A stretch of DNA of 32,000 nucleotides from Ktedonobacterales bacterium (GTDB lineage: Bacteria; Chloroflexota; Ktedonobacteria; Ktedonobacterales; JADMIN01), in the NCBI GenBank assembly GCA_030167145.1, contig CP126532.1:3600001-3632000 (forward strand), read 5' to 3'. The position numbers and the translations under genes were made by a program. Below the pieces are notes generated by a model. The model searched no databases and was not told the DNA's origin. It saw only the letters and a list, made by a program, of their open reading frames with translations. Below, in pieces: positions 8,853-16,827 of this stretch. How positions within the stretch are numbered: the first letter of the stretch is position 1; each line of letters begins with the position of its first letter.

Positions 8853-9128
8853 TCATCCGACGAGCAGTGAACCCATGACGGCGGCGGCATCTTGCTGCAT
8901 ATCAGGGATGACGTGTGAGTAGATGTCGAGCGTGATGCTGACCGACGCATGGCCGAGCATCTCCGAGACCACCTTGGGGTTGACACGCGCACCTAAGAGC
9001 AACGTCGCCGCCGTGTGGCGCAAGTTGTGGAAGCGGAGGCGCGGCAGACCCGCACGCTCCACCAGCCGCAGAAACGCAGATACACACCGCTGGGATCTGT
9101 GTGAAAATGGCGAGTTTTGAAACCACAT
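8853..9128 (-). pseudogene. tyrosine recombinase/integrase remnant (only the C-terminal ~90 aa of the catalytic domain)
   Basis: FLRLVERAGLPRLRFHNLRHTAATLLLGARVNPKVVSEMLGHASVSITLDIYSHV carries the HxxR, the second His and the catalytic Tyr. No N-terminal or core-binding part exists, because the frame is closed upstream of 9128. It lies next to a tRNA gene. Confidence 0.8.
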
Positions 9129-9202
9129 CTTTGGAGCGGCGACAGTGAGGTGCTAGACTTCAGACAAGCGCACGAATCCGGAGAGCGAACTTGGAGCGAG
9201 AA

Positions 9203-10396
9203 ATGAAACACCCGCAGAGCATGTCCTCGGCGTCCACATCCAATTCGACGGAACAAGGTTGGCGAAGAGGACCGCTGCGGCAACGGATGTGGCGCCTGGT
9301 GGCGAGTGCGATTGCCCTTGTGCTCCTCTTCCTCGTCGCGGGCGCCGTCGTCCTCAAGCTGGGCTTCTTCGCTCCGCCCAAGACCTCCGCCACCATACCA
9401 TATGCCACCCTCGCACAGATTGCTCAGGTCAACGCCGAGTGGCTCAATCCGGCCTCACCCTTCTCACAGCGAGCGCAACAGCTCCTGCAAGAAATTAGCG
9501 ATCATGGCGATCATGCGGGGCAATCCCTCACGTTCGACAGGAGCTACGACTATGTCATTGCCGATACGGATGGCTATCCGCATGCGCACGAAGGGTATTA
9601 CGTCACCATTGGTGTGTTTACGTCAGGCGGGCACACCTATGTCACCGTCGGGGCAGTCACAGCAAGCCACGAGCGAACACCGTTGACCTTCTCGCTCGCA
9701 AACCTCGACCAGTTGCAGTATATTCAGCAAAATCGCCAGGGAACCTATCCGTCTTTCACTGATCGGGCGCGGATCGCACCTGCTGATTTACTCACGTTTT
9801 TGGGCGTCCCCGGCCATCTTGTCGGACTCGATCTCGTCGCGTCGGCGTTTACTCCTAACGTCGCGCCCATCATCAGCGCCCTGCAGGGGACCAGAACGAC
9901 GCAGGGCCTGACCCCATTCCAACTGCCCGCCGCTGGCCAACCCTTGGACCCCGCGAACTACCCGAATCCAACCGCAGTGTATACCTTTCCGCCCTATTCT
10001 ACACCGCCCGCTTCTGCCCTGGCGACAGCCACTGGGCAGACCGCCGCACCAACGGCGACCGCACTCCCCGCCTCGACGCCTCTTGCCCCACCGAGCGTTG
10101 CCGCCACCCTTGCGATGAACACGCTCAACTTCACCGGCGCCACCTCGGTCACCATCAAGGCGGGCCAAGCCGTGCGCTTCGACGACCCTGCCACCGGCGG
10201 CGGCTTCCATAACCTGGTCACCGGCGCCCACGGCGCCTACACGGCGCAGTTTGGCGCGCCGAGTCAGTTCACCCCCAATGGCATCCTGTTCAACCCAGGC
10301 ACGAGCAGCGTCATCGTCTTCCCCACTCCTGGCTCCTTCTCCATCACCTGCACCCTCCATCCCTATATGGTGGCGACTGTCACCGTGACCCCATAG
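9203..10396 (+). CDS. membrane-anchored extracytoplasmic protein with a C-terminal type-1 copper (amicyanin/plastocyanin-like cupredoxin) domain
   Basis: TM anchor WRLVASAIALVLLFLVAGAVVL, then a Pro/Thr/Ala linker. Cupredoxin ligand set: His in GGFHNLV and C-x2-H-x2-M in ITCTLHPYM (compare amicyanin CTPHPFM). ATG at 9203 has GGAG 7 nt upstream. Confidence 0.8.
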   Translation: MKHPQSMSSASTSNSTEQGWRRGPLRQRMWRLVASAIALVLLFLVAGAVVLKLGFFAPPKTSATIPYATLAQIAQVNAEWLNPASPFSQRAQQLLQEISDHGDHAGQSLTFDRSYDYVIADTDGYPHAHEGYYVTIGVFTSGGHTYVTVGAVTASHERTPLTFSLANLDQLQYIQQNRQGTYPSFTDRARIAPADLLTFLGVPGHLVGLDLVASAFTPNVAPIISALQGTRTTQGLTPFQLPAAGQPLDPANYPNPTAVYTFPPYSTPPASALATATGQTAAPTATALPASTPLAPPSVAATLAMNTLNFTGATSVTIKAGQAVRFDDPATGGGFHNLVTGAHGAYTAQFGAPSQFTPNGILFNPGTSSVIVFPTPGSFSITCTLHPYMVATVTVTP

Positions 10397-10466
10397 GAGC
10401 GTATGGCGCTCCTCACCTATCCCACATCCTGACACAGCTTCAATGCCCTAAAACAACCGCCTCCCC

Positions 10467-10799
10467 TTACCCCAGTCCGGACGGCGTGATGCGCAGCGTC
10501 GTCATCCCCCGCATATCCACCCAGTATCGCCCCGCTCGCCCCCGCTCGCGCACGACGCGCACCTGCACCCGCTCGCAGGCTGGGCAGCGCAGCACCGCCC
10601 CCATCTCGCCGCCATACAGCAACAGCATCCCCACTGGCCCCGTCTGCCCACATCCCGCACACGTGCTCTGCGCGCTCGTCATCTCAACAGCAAAGACCTC
10701 CGCCAGCAAACCCGCCGCCGCGTTGCCGTCGAGCCGCAGCGCCTCGTCGCTTCTCTCGCCCGTCGTGCCGCTCTGGCCGCTCTTGCTCATCTCGTTCAT
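10467..10799 (-). CDS. small Cys4 (CxxC...CxxC) protein, DUF6510-like
   Basis: LDGNAAAGLLAEVFAVEMTSAQSTCAGCGQTGPVGMLLLYGGEMGAVLRCPACERV. I recall this family as the usual partner of sulfite-oxidase-like and FAD-reductase gene pairs. The start (ATG at 10799 or 10790) is uncertain and has no clear RBS. Confidence 0.6.
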   Translation of the reverse strand: MNEMSKSGQSGTTGERSDEALRLDGNAAAGLLAEVFAVEMTSAQSTCAGCGQTGPVGMLLLYGGEMGAVLRCPACERVQVRVVRERGRAGRYWVDMRGMTTLRITPSGLG

Positions 10800-10875
10800 C
10801 TGATTTGGGCCAGGAGACCCCGCCCTGTAGGGCTGGGGAGGAATGGCCCATCTCCTTTCTCTTTCTGCTTGCATA

Positions 10876-10884
10876 TGCTATACT
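10876..10884 (+). promoter_or_regulatory. orphan extended -10 promoter candidate (TGcTATACT) pointing antisense into the Mo-operon spacer
   Basis: TGcTATACT at 10876-10884. The 13-mer ATGCTATACTGTG (10875-10887) is identical to the one upstream of the NACHT gene (28294-28306). No + strand gene lies downstream. Confidence 0.35.
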
Positions 10885-11072
10885 GTGCGCACTCGTGGTG
10901 CGCCAAGGCATCCCGGCTGACCGGGGGAACGGTTTGGGCTGATGCACCCAGGTGAGCCTACGACCGTTCCCGGTAGACGATTCGAGAGGCCCTGCACGAG
11001 TCCAGTGGGCCGCAGTCAATCGGCCTATGGCGTCCACAGCGTTCCCTGTGAGATGCAAGCCCCTAGCTTGAG

Positions 11073-11855
11073 CTATGGGGTGGTTGACGTTGCTCCTCCT
11101 GTCGGCCCGAAACGCTCCGTCTTGATGCGCTCTGGGGTGTAGCCCAACGCTACGCACAGCGTCGCCACCGACTCCACCAGCGGCGTCGGCCCGCACACGA
11201 ACGCCAGCGGGCGCTCCTCCGGCGCCCACGCCACTGCTTCCAGCATTGCCTGGTCAATGCGCCGTTCGTACCCCTGCCAACCTACCGGCTGGGAACGGGT
11301 CAGCGTATAGACCACCCCCACGTCCGCATCCGCTGCCGCCAGCCGGTCCAACTCCTGCCGGTAGATAATCTCCTCATAGCCACGACACGAATACAGCAAA
11401 CACACCGGCACGGGGCTTCCCACCGCTGCCCGCTGCCGGATCATCGCCATCAGTGGCACAATCCCTGAGCCGCCCGCCACCAACAGCAGCGGGCCACCCT
11501 CCTCCGGACGCCACGTGAACCAGCCGCCAATCGGCCCACGCACCTCCACCTCGTCGCCTGGCCGCAGTACATCCGTCAAATACGGCGACACCTCGCCGTC
11601 ATCGAGCCGCTCCACCGTCAGCGTCACCTCTGCCCCGGCACCACTAGAGAGCGCCCCCGGCGCGGACGCAATCGAGTAGCTGCGTTCGGCCTGATAGCCA
11701 TCCTCAGCCGTGAGTCGCACATCGAGATGCTGGCCAGCGCGATGCCCCTCCCAGCCTGGCACCTCCAGCACCAGACTCTTGACCTGCGGAGTCTCCTGGA
11801 TCAGCCGCAGCACACTGGCTCTCTGCCACACCAACCTGGGCCGTATGATCGCCAT
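11073..11855 (-). CDS. FNR-family FAD/NAD(P)-binding ferredoxin-reductase-like oxidoreductase
   Basis: RSYSIAS (RxYS FAD motif) and VAGGSGIVPLMAM (NAD(P) motif). ATG at 11855 has GAGGGA 7 nt upstream. No Fe-S domain is present. Confidence 0.85.
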   Translation of the reverse strand: MAIIRPRLVWQRASVLRLIQETPQVKSLVLEVPGWEGHRAGQHLDVRLTAEDGYQAERSYSIASAPGALSSGAGAEVTLTVERLDDGEVSPYLTDVLRPGDEVEVRGPIGGWFTWRPEEGGPLLLVAGGSGIVPLMAMIRQRAAVGSPVPVCLLYSCRGYEEIIYRQELDRLAAADADVGVVYTLTRSQPVGWQGYERRIDQAMLEAVAWAPEERPLAFVCGPTPLVESVATLCVALGYTPERIKTERFGPTGGATSTTP

Positions 11856-11903
11856 CGCTCGTCCCTCGCTCGCTCTCGCCTCGCATCCTGGGTCGTTTCC
11901 TGC

Positions 11904-12515
11904 TTAGTCTCCTGCGTAGCGCTGTTCCTTCCAGGGATCGCCGTAGTTGTGGTAGCCCAACGACTCCCAGAACCCTGGCTCATCCTCGGCCAACAGGCGC
12001 AAGCCACGCACCCATTTCGCACTTTTCCAGAAGTAGAGGTGTGGCGCCAGCAGCCGAGCTGGCCCGCCATGCTCCGGCGCCAGCGGCGCACCCGCATACG
12101 CATGCACAATCCACGCCTTGCCGCCCGTCACATCGTCGAGTGGCAGGTTAGTCGTATAGTCCCCATCACAGAACGCCAGCACATACTTGGCGCTGGTCGT
12201 CATGCCCTGCAGCAGCGTATCAAGCGACACGCCCGTCCACATCGTGTCCAGCTTACTCCACTTGGTCACGCAGTGAATATCTTTCGTAATCGTCTCCTGG
12301 GGCAACTGCTGAAACTCCTGCCAGGTCCAGCGCCGGGGTTGATCCACCGCCCCCACAATCGAAAAATCCCATCGCTCCAGCGGCGTGCGCGGTGTCGGAC
12401 CCGCCGACAGCACTGGAAAGCCACGCACCAGATATTGCCCCGGCGGCAGGCGTTGCGCCTCCTCAGACCGCTGGCGGCGTCCGGTGAAGCCACGGCTCAC
12501 AAACGGAATGCTCAT
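11904..12515 (-). CDS. small sulfite-oxidase-fold molybdopterin-dependent oxidoreductase
   Basis: GQYLVRGFPVLSAGPTP...WDFSIVGAVDQPRRWTWQEFQQLP...DIHCVTKWSKLDTMWTGVSL, with the Mo-ligand Cys in HCVTKWS. ATG at 12515 has GGGAGG 5 nt upstream; the track start at 12602 is unsupported. Confidence 0.85.
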   Translation of the reverse strand: MSIPFVSRGFTGRRQRSEEAQRLPPGQYLVRGFPVLSAGPTPRTPLERWDFSIVGAVDQPRRWTWQEFQQLPQETITKDIHCVTKWSKLDTMWTGVSLDTLLQGMTTSAKYVLAFCDGDYTTNLPLDDVTGGKAWIVHAYAGAPLAPEHGGPARLLAPHLYFWKSAKWVRGLRLLAEDEPGFWESLGYHNYGDPWKEQRYAGD

Positions 12516-12776
12516 CCAAGCCTCCCGAATTCTTCCTAGAATCCCTGTGAAATCCTTTTGGCAGGCCGCCATATGTGCCTGCCACCGCCGACATGGATCC
12601 AACTACAGATCCAAATATCGCGCCGATATTGTGCCAGCTTGCCTGCCAACATCCAGACACGGGGACACGCTAGGCGACACTCTACCCACGCGGCATCGGC
12701 CACGTCAAACACAACCATTCCCCGCATCCCCACTCCTGCCCCCGTCGTCGCCTGGCGCGACTAACCATCAGCGGCG

Positions 12777-15002
12777 CTAGACCTTTGCCATGGTCGCGTC
12801 GCCGATGGTGAACGCATCGCCCCCTGTGCCGATGATGCGTATCGTCACCGTGTTCGTCTTGTCCGGCAGGCTCAGGCTCAGGCGCGTCGTTCCGTTCGTG
12901 AGCATCGTCGTCGTCGTCTGGCCGTTGACGACGATCTCGGCATAGGCAACCGGCGACGTTGACGTGCTATGGATCGTCAACGTCGCCGCATACGTCCCTG
13001 CGGCGAACGTGTCGGTCAGGGTCTCCAGCGCTTCGCCATCGGTTTTGGCGGGCACGACAAGCTGATGCGTGGTTTCATCCCACGTCGCGGTTCCACTCAG
13101 GTTGTACGGGCGGCTGACTGGCTCGCCAGCCACCTGCTCCCCTGGCACTGTCGCCTGGCTGAACGCCGGTGGCACCGCGTAGTACCAGATCCCGCCGACA
13201 GCCTGCGGTGTCACGTGCAAGAATTGCAGATAGGGGTCGCACTGCACGAAGTAGTTCGCCTGCACAACGATATCGTTGACGTGCTGCGTGGCGATGTACT
13301 GCTCCAGGTAATACTGATAAGCGTTCGCCGAAACCTCGGAGTACGCATGCTGAATGACCGGCTTGCCCTCCTGGGTGTTGAAGAGTAGCTCCACCGGCGA
13401 GACACTCTGCGATGGCGGTGTCGTTCCGCCGTAGCCCGACGACAGGTTGAAGGCATAGTCTGTCGCCTGCTGCCAGAGCAGGTCGGTGCGATAGAAGCCC
13501 AGCGGGAGCATCAGCACCGTGTCGTTTGGCTTGATGTATTGCCGGTACATCGTCGTGCTGAAAAACGTGGGAATCGTCACCGGCGTGAAATAGACGCCCA
13601 TGACCAGATTCGGAATCAATGTGAGAGTCAGGGCCAGACCAAGCGCAACCTTAACCCACAGCCGCCGGACACTTTTCGCCAGCCACAGAGCCGCTATGAG
13701 CGCGCCAATCAGATCCACGAACATCGCGTAACGCACTGGCAGCGATTTCTGGATCAGCGGCAGCCGGTACACATAGCGCAGTGGCGACGGGATGGTCTGT
13801 ACCTTGGCGATGTAGACATCCGGCCCCAGGGTGAACAGGACGCTGATCAGCGCCATCAGGGCCAGCAGCTTGCCAATGGGTTTATCCCAGCGTTTGATAG
13901 CGAACACGATCATCAGCGCCGCCAGCGGCAGGCCGAGATACGTATCGCGCTCACCCTGGTTCCCGCCAGCGAGCGGCATCGCCGAAAAGTATTTGTAGAG
14001 TGGCCGAAATATCTGGGTTGGAATGACGAAGCCCAGCGCATCACCGGAGTAGGTGTGCAGCACGTGTACGATGCCTGTCGCGTATCCGACGACCATATAG
14101 TAGAGATACGGCGAGAGCACCAGCGCGGTAATCAGAAACGCGGCGGTCAACTCTATCGCCAGCCGCAGCGTCTGTTGCCGTTGCTTCGCATCGAGCAGGA
14201 AATACAGCCCCAGGGCGATATACGCGAAGATGGCGACCAGCGCGAACTCTTCGACCGACACCAGAAAGAACAGCAGCAGCGGCAGCGGCGTCAGCAACAA
14301 AAAGCGCCTGCGGCTGATGCGCCCCTGGTAGCGCAGCACGGCGAGGTAGATGAGCAGCGGCACCGGAAACAGCACGATGAGGTGAATATGCGCCGTTCCC
14401 TGGGCCAGCATATAGCCGGAAAAGCCGAAAAGATAGCCCCCGATGAGCGACGCCCACACCTGCCTGGTCAGGTGATAGCAGAGGATAAACGTCGTCCAGG
14501 CCGTCAGCGCGAACGACAAGATGATCCAGCTATTGTAGGCCACCACCACGCCCGCGGTCGTGGTGAGCGGCAAGGCCAGCAGCGAAAGGCCCGGTATCGA
14601 AGTTTGCCAGCTCAGGTTGTAGCCAAACGCCTGCCACATCTTGTACGTGACGAACGGGTTGAGGCCATGTGAGACAGCATAGGGCCACCATTTGAGATAC
14701 CAGAGGTTCTGGCCCAGGTCAGGCATCCCATAGTTGATCGCCATCGTATCGAAATGGCTGTGGATGGGCCACCAGAAGTAACCCAGCGCGATCACCAGAT
14801 AGATGACCAGCGCCGCCGCCACCGGCGTCCAGCGCGGCAGCCGCTCGGCGCGTGTACGCCATGGGCGCAGCGCGTCTTCCAGGCGTTGCCCCAAGCGTTC
14901 TCGCGCCGCGCGCAACGTCGCCACCGCCTCGGCTGTTCGCGTGCGGTCCAGCACCGCGACGCGCGGACGCCTGGCGCTATCTGGCGGGTCATCCGTGAAC
15001 AT
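12777..15002 (-). CDS. large polytopic membrane protein with a C-terminal beta-rich extracytoplasmic domain; putative GT-C-type glycosyltransferase
   Basis: More than 12 hydrophobic segments. It starts 18 nt downstream of a polyprenyl-phosphate-type GT2 gene, with GAGGA before its ATG. The family assignment is inferred from context, not from a recognised motif. Confidence 0.6.
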   Translation of the reverse strand: MFTDDPPDSARRPRVAVLDRTRTAEAVATLRAARERLGQRLEDALRPWRTRAERLPRWTPVAAALVIYLVIALGYFWWPIHSHFDTMAINYGMPDLGQNLWYLKWWPYAVSHGLNPFVTYKMWQAFGYNLSWQTSIPGLSLLALPLTTTAGVVVAYNSWIILSFALTAWTTFILCYHLTRQVWASLIGGYLFGFSGYMLAQGTAHIHLIVLFPVPLLIYLAVLRYQGRISRRRFLLLTPLPLLLFFLVSVEEFALVAIFAYIALGLYFLLDAKQRQQTLRLAIELTAAFLITALVLSPYLYYMVVGYATGIVHVLHTYSGDALGFVIPTQIFRPLYKYFSAMPLAGGNQGERDTYLGLPLAALMIVFAIKRWDKPIGKLLALMALISVLFTLGPDVYIAKVQTIPSPLRYVYRLPLIQKSLPVRYAMFVDLIGALIAALWLAKSVRRLWVKVALGLALTLTLIPNLVMGVYFTPVTIPTFFSTTMYRQYIKPNDTVLMLPLGFYRTDLLWQQATDYAFNLSSGYGGTTPPSQSVSPVELLFNTQEGKPVIQHAYSEVSANAYQYYLEQYIATQHVNDIVVQANYFVQCDPYLQFLHVTPQAVGGIWYYAVPPAFSQATVPGEQVAGEPVSRPYNLSGTATWDETTHQLVVPAKTDGEALETLTDTFAAGTYAATLTIHSTSTSPVAYAEIVVNGQTTTTMLTNGTTRLSLSLPDKTNTVTIRIIGTGGDAFTIGDATMAKV

Positions 15003-15020
15003 AGAGCTTTATCCTCAAGG

Positions 15021-16082
15021 CTATTCGCCGCGCACGGCAGGGATACGGAGATAGTTCATCATCTTCGTTTCTCGCCGTCCGCGTGTGATGGTGTCGAGAA
15101 TCAGGCCGCTGGTGAAGCTGATGCAGGCCAGCAGCAGCATGCTGATGGCGACGAAGAGCGTCGGAAAACGCGGCACCAGACCAGTCTGGAAATATGTCAT
15201 GGCCAGCGGTACCGAGATTCCCAGCGCCGCCACGGCCAAGATGAATGAGATCAGGGTAAAGAAGAGCAGCGGGCGCTCCTGCCGGAACAGATCCAGAATG
15301 TAGAGCAGGATTATCCGCCCATCGCGGTAGGTGTTGAGTTTGCTGTGCGACCCCTTCGGGCGGCCACCATACAGGGTGCGCAGATGCGCGATAGGCATTT
15401 TCAGTTCGAGCGCATGCACTGTCAGTTCGGTCTCGATCTCGAAACCTTTGCTCAGCGATGGAAACGATTTCACGTAACGGCGCGAGAAGACCTTGTAGCC
15501 AGAGAGCATATCTTCGATGCGGTCGCCAAAGAGGAATTTCACCACGCCGGTCAGCAGCGCATTGCCGAGTTGGTGCCCCGCGCGATAGGCGGGCTTGCCC
15601 TTCTCAGTGACCCGCACTCCATTCACCAGGTCGCAGGGGCCGGAGATCGCCAGCGCGATCATCTCGACGGCCGTGCGCGGGTCGTAGGTGCCGTCGCCAT
15701 CCACCATGACGTAGAGATCAGCCTCGACATCACGGAACATGCGCCGCACGACGTTGCCCTTCCCCTGAAGGGTCTCGTGCCGCACGATAGCCCCGGCCTC
15801 GGCGGCGATGCGCGCGGTATCGTCTTTCGAGTTGTTGTCGAAGACATAGATCCGCGCGTAGGGAAGCGCCTCGCGGAATCCGCGCACCACCGATCCAATC
15901 GTCAGCGCCTCGTTGTAGCAGGGGATGAGCACCGCCACTTCATAGTGCGTGTGGGGGGTGGTACGCGCTGCTTCGAGTTCTGATGTCAACACTGGACGCC
16001 GATGCGGCGCGGCCTGCATGCGTGGCAGCGTGCCAGCATCGCCCGGATAACTCATAGCACTTCTCCGCCCGTCTGTTCCCAT
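15021..16082 (-). CDS. family-2 glycosyltransferase with C-terminal TM helices (GtrB / polyprenyl-phosphate sugar synthase type)
   Basis: VAVLIPCYNEALTIGSVV, FDNNSKDDT and MVDGDGTYDP (DxD), plus two C-terminal TM helices. The start could also be 16055 or 16019. Confidence 0.85.
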   Translation of the reverse strand: MGTDGRRSAMSYPGDAGTLPRMQAAPHRRPVLTSELEAARTTPHTHYEVAVLIPCYNEALTIGSVVRGFREALPYARIYVFDNNSKDDTARIAAEAGAIVRHETLQGKGNVVRRMFRDVEADLYVMVDGDGTYDPRTAVEMIALAISGPCDLVNGVRVTEKGKPAYRAGHQLGNALLTGVVKFLFGDRIEDMLSGYKVFSRRYVKSFPSLSKGFEIETELTVHALELKMPIAHLRTLYGGRPKGSHSKLNTYRDGRIILLYILDLFRQERPLLFFTLISFILAVAALGISVPLAMTYFQTGLVPRFPTLFVAISMLLLACISFTSGLILDTITRGRRETKMMNYLRIPAVRGE

Positions 16083-16108
16083 CCTGCGCCTTCCACCTGA
16101 AAGGCCAT

Positions 16109-16136
16109 GCTATAGGGAACAACGAATGGTGGTCAA
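16109..16136 (-). promoter_or_regulatory. sigma70-type promoter candidate for the GT2 operon (TTGACC-N16-TATAGC)
   Basis: On the minus strand, TTGACC at 16136-16131, a 16-nt spacer, and TATAGC at 16114-16109. This leaves a leader of about 20 nt containing GGTGGAAGG before ATG 16082. Confidence 0.4.
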
Positions 16137-16208
16137 CACAGTGGTACATATATCCGGTAAAAAGGACTAGCGTCCACCCGACGAACTGCAATGCTTGGGC
16201 GTGACAGC

Positions 16209-16706
16209 TCAGCGATAATTGGTGAATTGCAGGGGAACGGGGTAGTCCTTCTGCTTCAGCATCGCCATCACCGCTTGCAGATCGTCCAGCTTCTTGCCGA
16301 AGACGCGCACCTCATCACCCTGCACCTGCGACCGCACCTTGGGGAAGTTGTCGCGAATCAGCTTGGTGATCTCTTTGGCCAACTCCTGCGAGATACCCGC
16401 CTGAAGCTCGATGACCTGGCGTACCTTATTGCCACTCGCCTGCTCGATCTTGCCATATTTGAGGATTTTGAGCGCCAGATTGCGGCGCACCATCTTCGAT
16501 TCGAGCACATCGCGCACACTCTTGAGCGTGAATTCGCTGGCCGTTAAGATCGTAATCGTCTTTTTGGCCGGGTCATGGGTGATCTCGGTATGCGTATCTT
16601 TCAAGTCAAAGCGGGTTCCGGCCTCGCGGCGTGTTTGATCCAGCGCGTTCACCAGTTCCTGCTCATCATATTGTGAGACGATATCAAACGAGTTTTCGCT
16701 TGCCAT
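16209..16706 (-). CDS. yajQ: YajQ-family (UPF0234) nucleotide / cyclic-di-GMP-binding protein
   Basis: Full-length match in style and size (165 aa): SFDIVSQYDEQELVNALDQTRREAGTRFDLKDT...QVQGDEVRVFGKKLDDLQ. AAGGAG lies upstream of the ATG. Confidence 0.88.
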   Translation of the reverse strand: MASENSFDIVSQYDEQELVNALDQTRREAGTRFDLKDTHTEITHDPAKKTITILTASEFTLKSVRDVLESKMVRRNLALKILKYGKIEQASGNKVRQVIELQAGISQELAKEITKLIRDNFPKVRSQVQGDEVRVFGKKLDDLQAVMAMLKQKDYPVPLQFTNYR

Positions 16707-16827
16707 TGCGTTTCCACTCCTTATTCGTAGCCATCATGATTCGTAGCCTTCATAATCGTGCGCCTGCGTGACCGCCAGCCATGCGCGCCTCATTCTATCC
16801 CACCAGCCGCCGCGCCCGCCACTGCGG

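Noticed and set aside
10395-10413. The hairpin AGGAGCG-tatgg-CGCTCCT overlapping the cupredoxin stop codon, considered as an intrinsic terminator.
   Set aside because: The stem is only 7 bp and no U-tract follows on either strand. It is too weak to call, unlike the 13-bp stem plus U6 at 26039-26075.
10684-11229. A 181-aa minus-strand ORF bridging the FNR-like / DUF6510-like spacer, including an ATG directly after AAAGGAG at about 10850.
   Set aside because: It is out of frame with both neighbours and Arg/Gly-rich. The ATG abuts the Shine-Dalgarno-like sequence with no spacing. The region is better explained as structured non-coding DNA.
8677-12700. The idea that the genes to the right of tRNA-Ser form an intact genomic island.
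   Set aside because: Only the ~180-bp spacer looks compositionally different. The following genes look as GC-rich as the rest of the window. No direct repeat of the tRNA 3' end is visible, and the integrase is a stump. I treat it as an old scar, not a mobile element.
12516-12776. A Moco riboswitch upstream of the Mo-enzyme operon, and a cobalamin riboswitch near the CarH-like gene (603-909).
   Set aside because: I could not find the conserved cores I remember for either family on either strand. This needs an Infernal scan to settle, so neither is reported as a feature.
13539-14672. A 377-aa + strand ORF, with similar long ORFs at 14754-15248 and 15345-15983.
   Set aside because: They lie antisense to well-supported membrane/GT2 genes. 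The translations are Arg/Gln/His/Asp-rich low-complexity strings, which is typical of shadow frames in GC-rich DNA. They have no RBS and no motifs.
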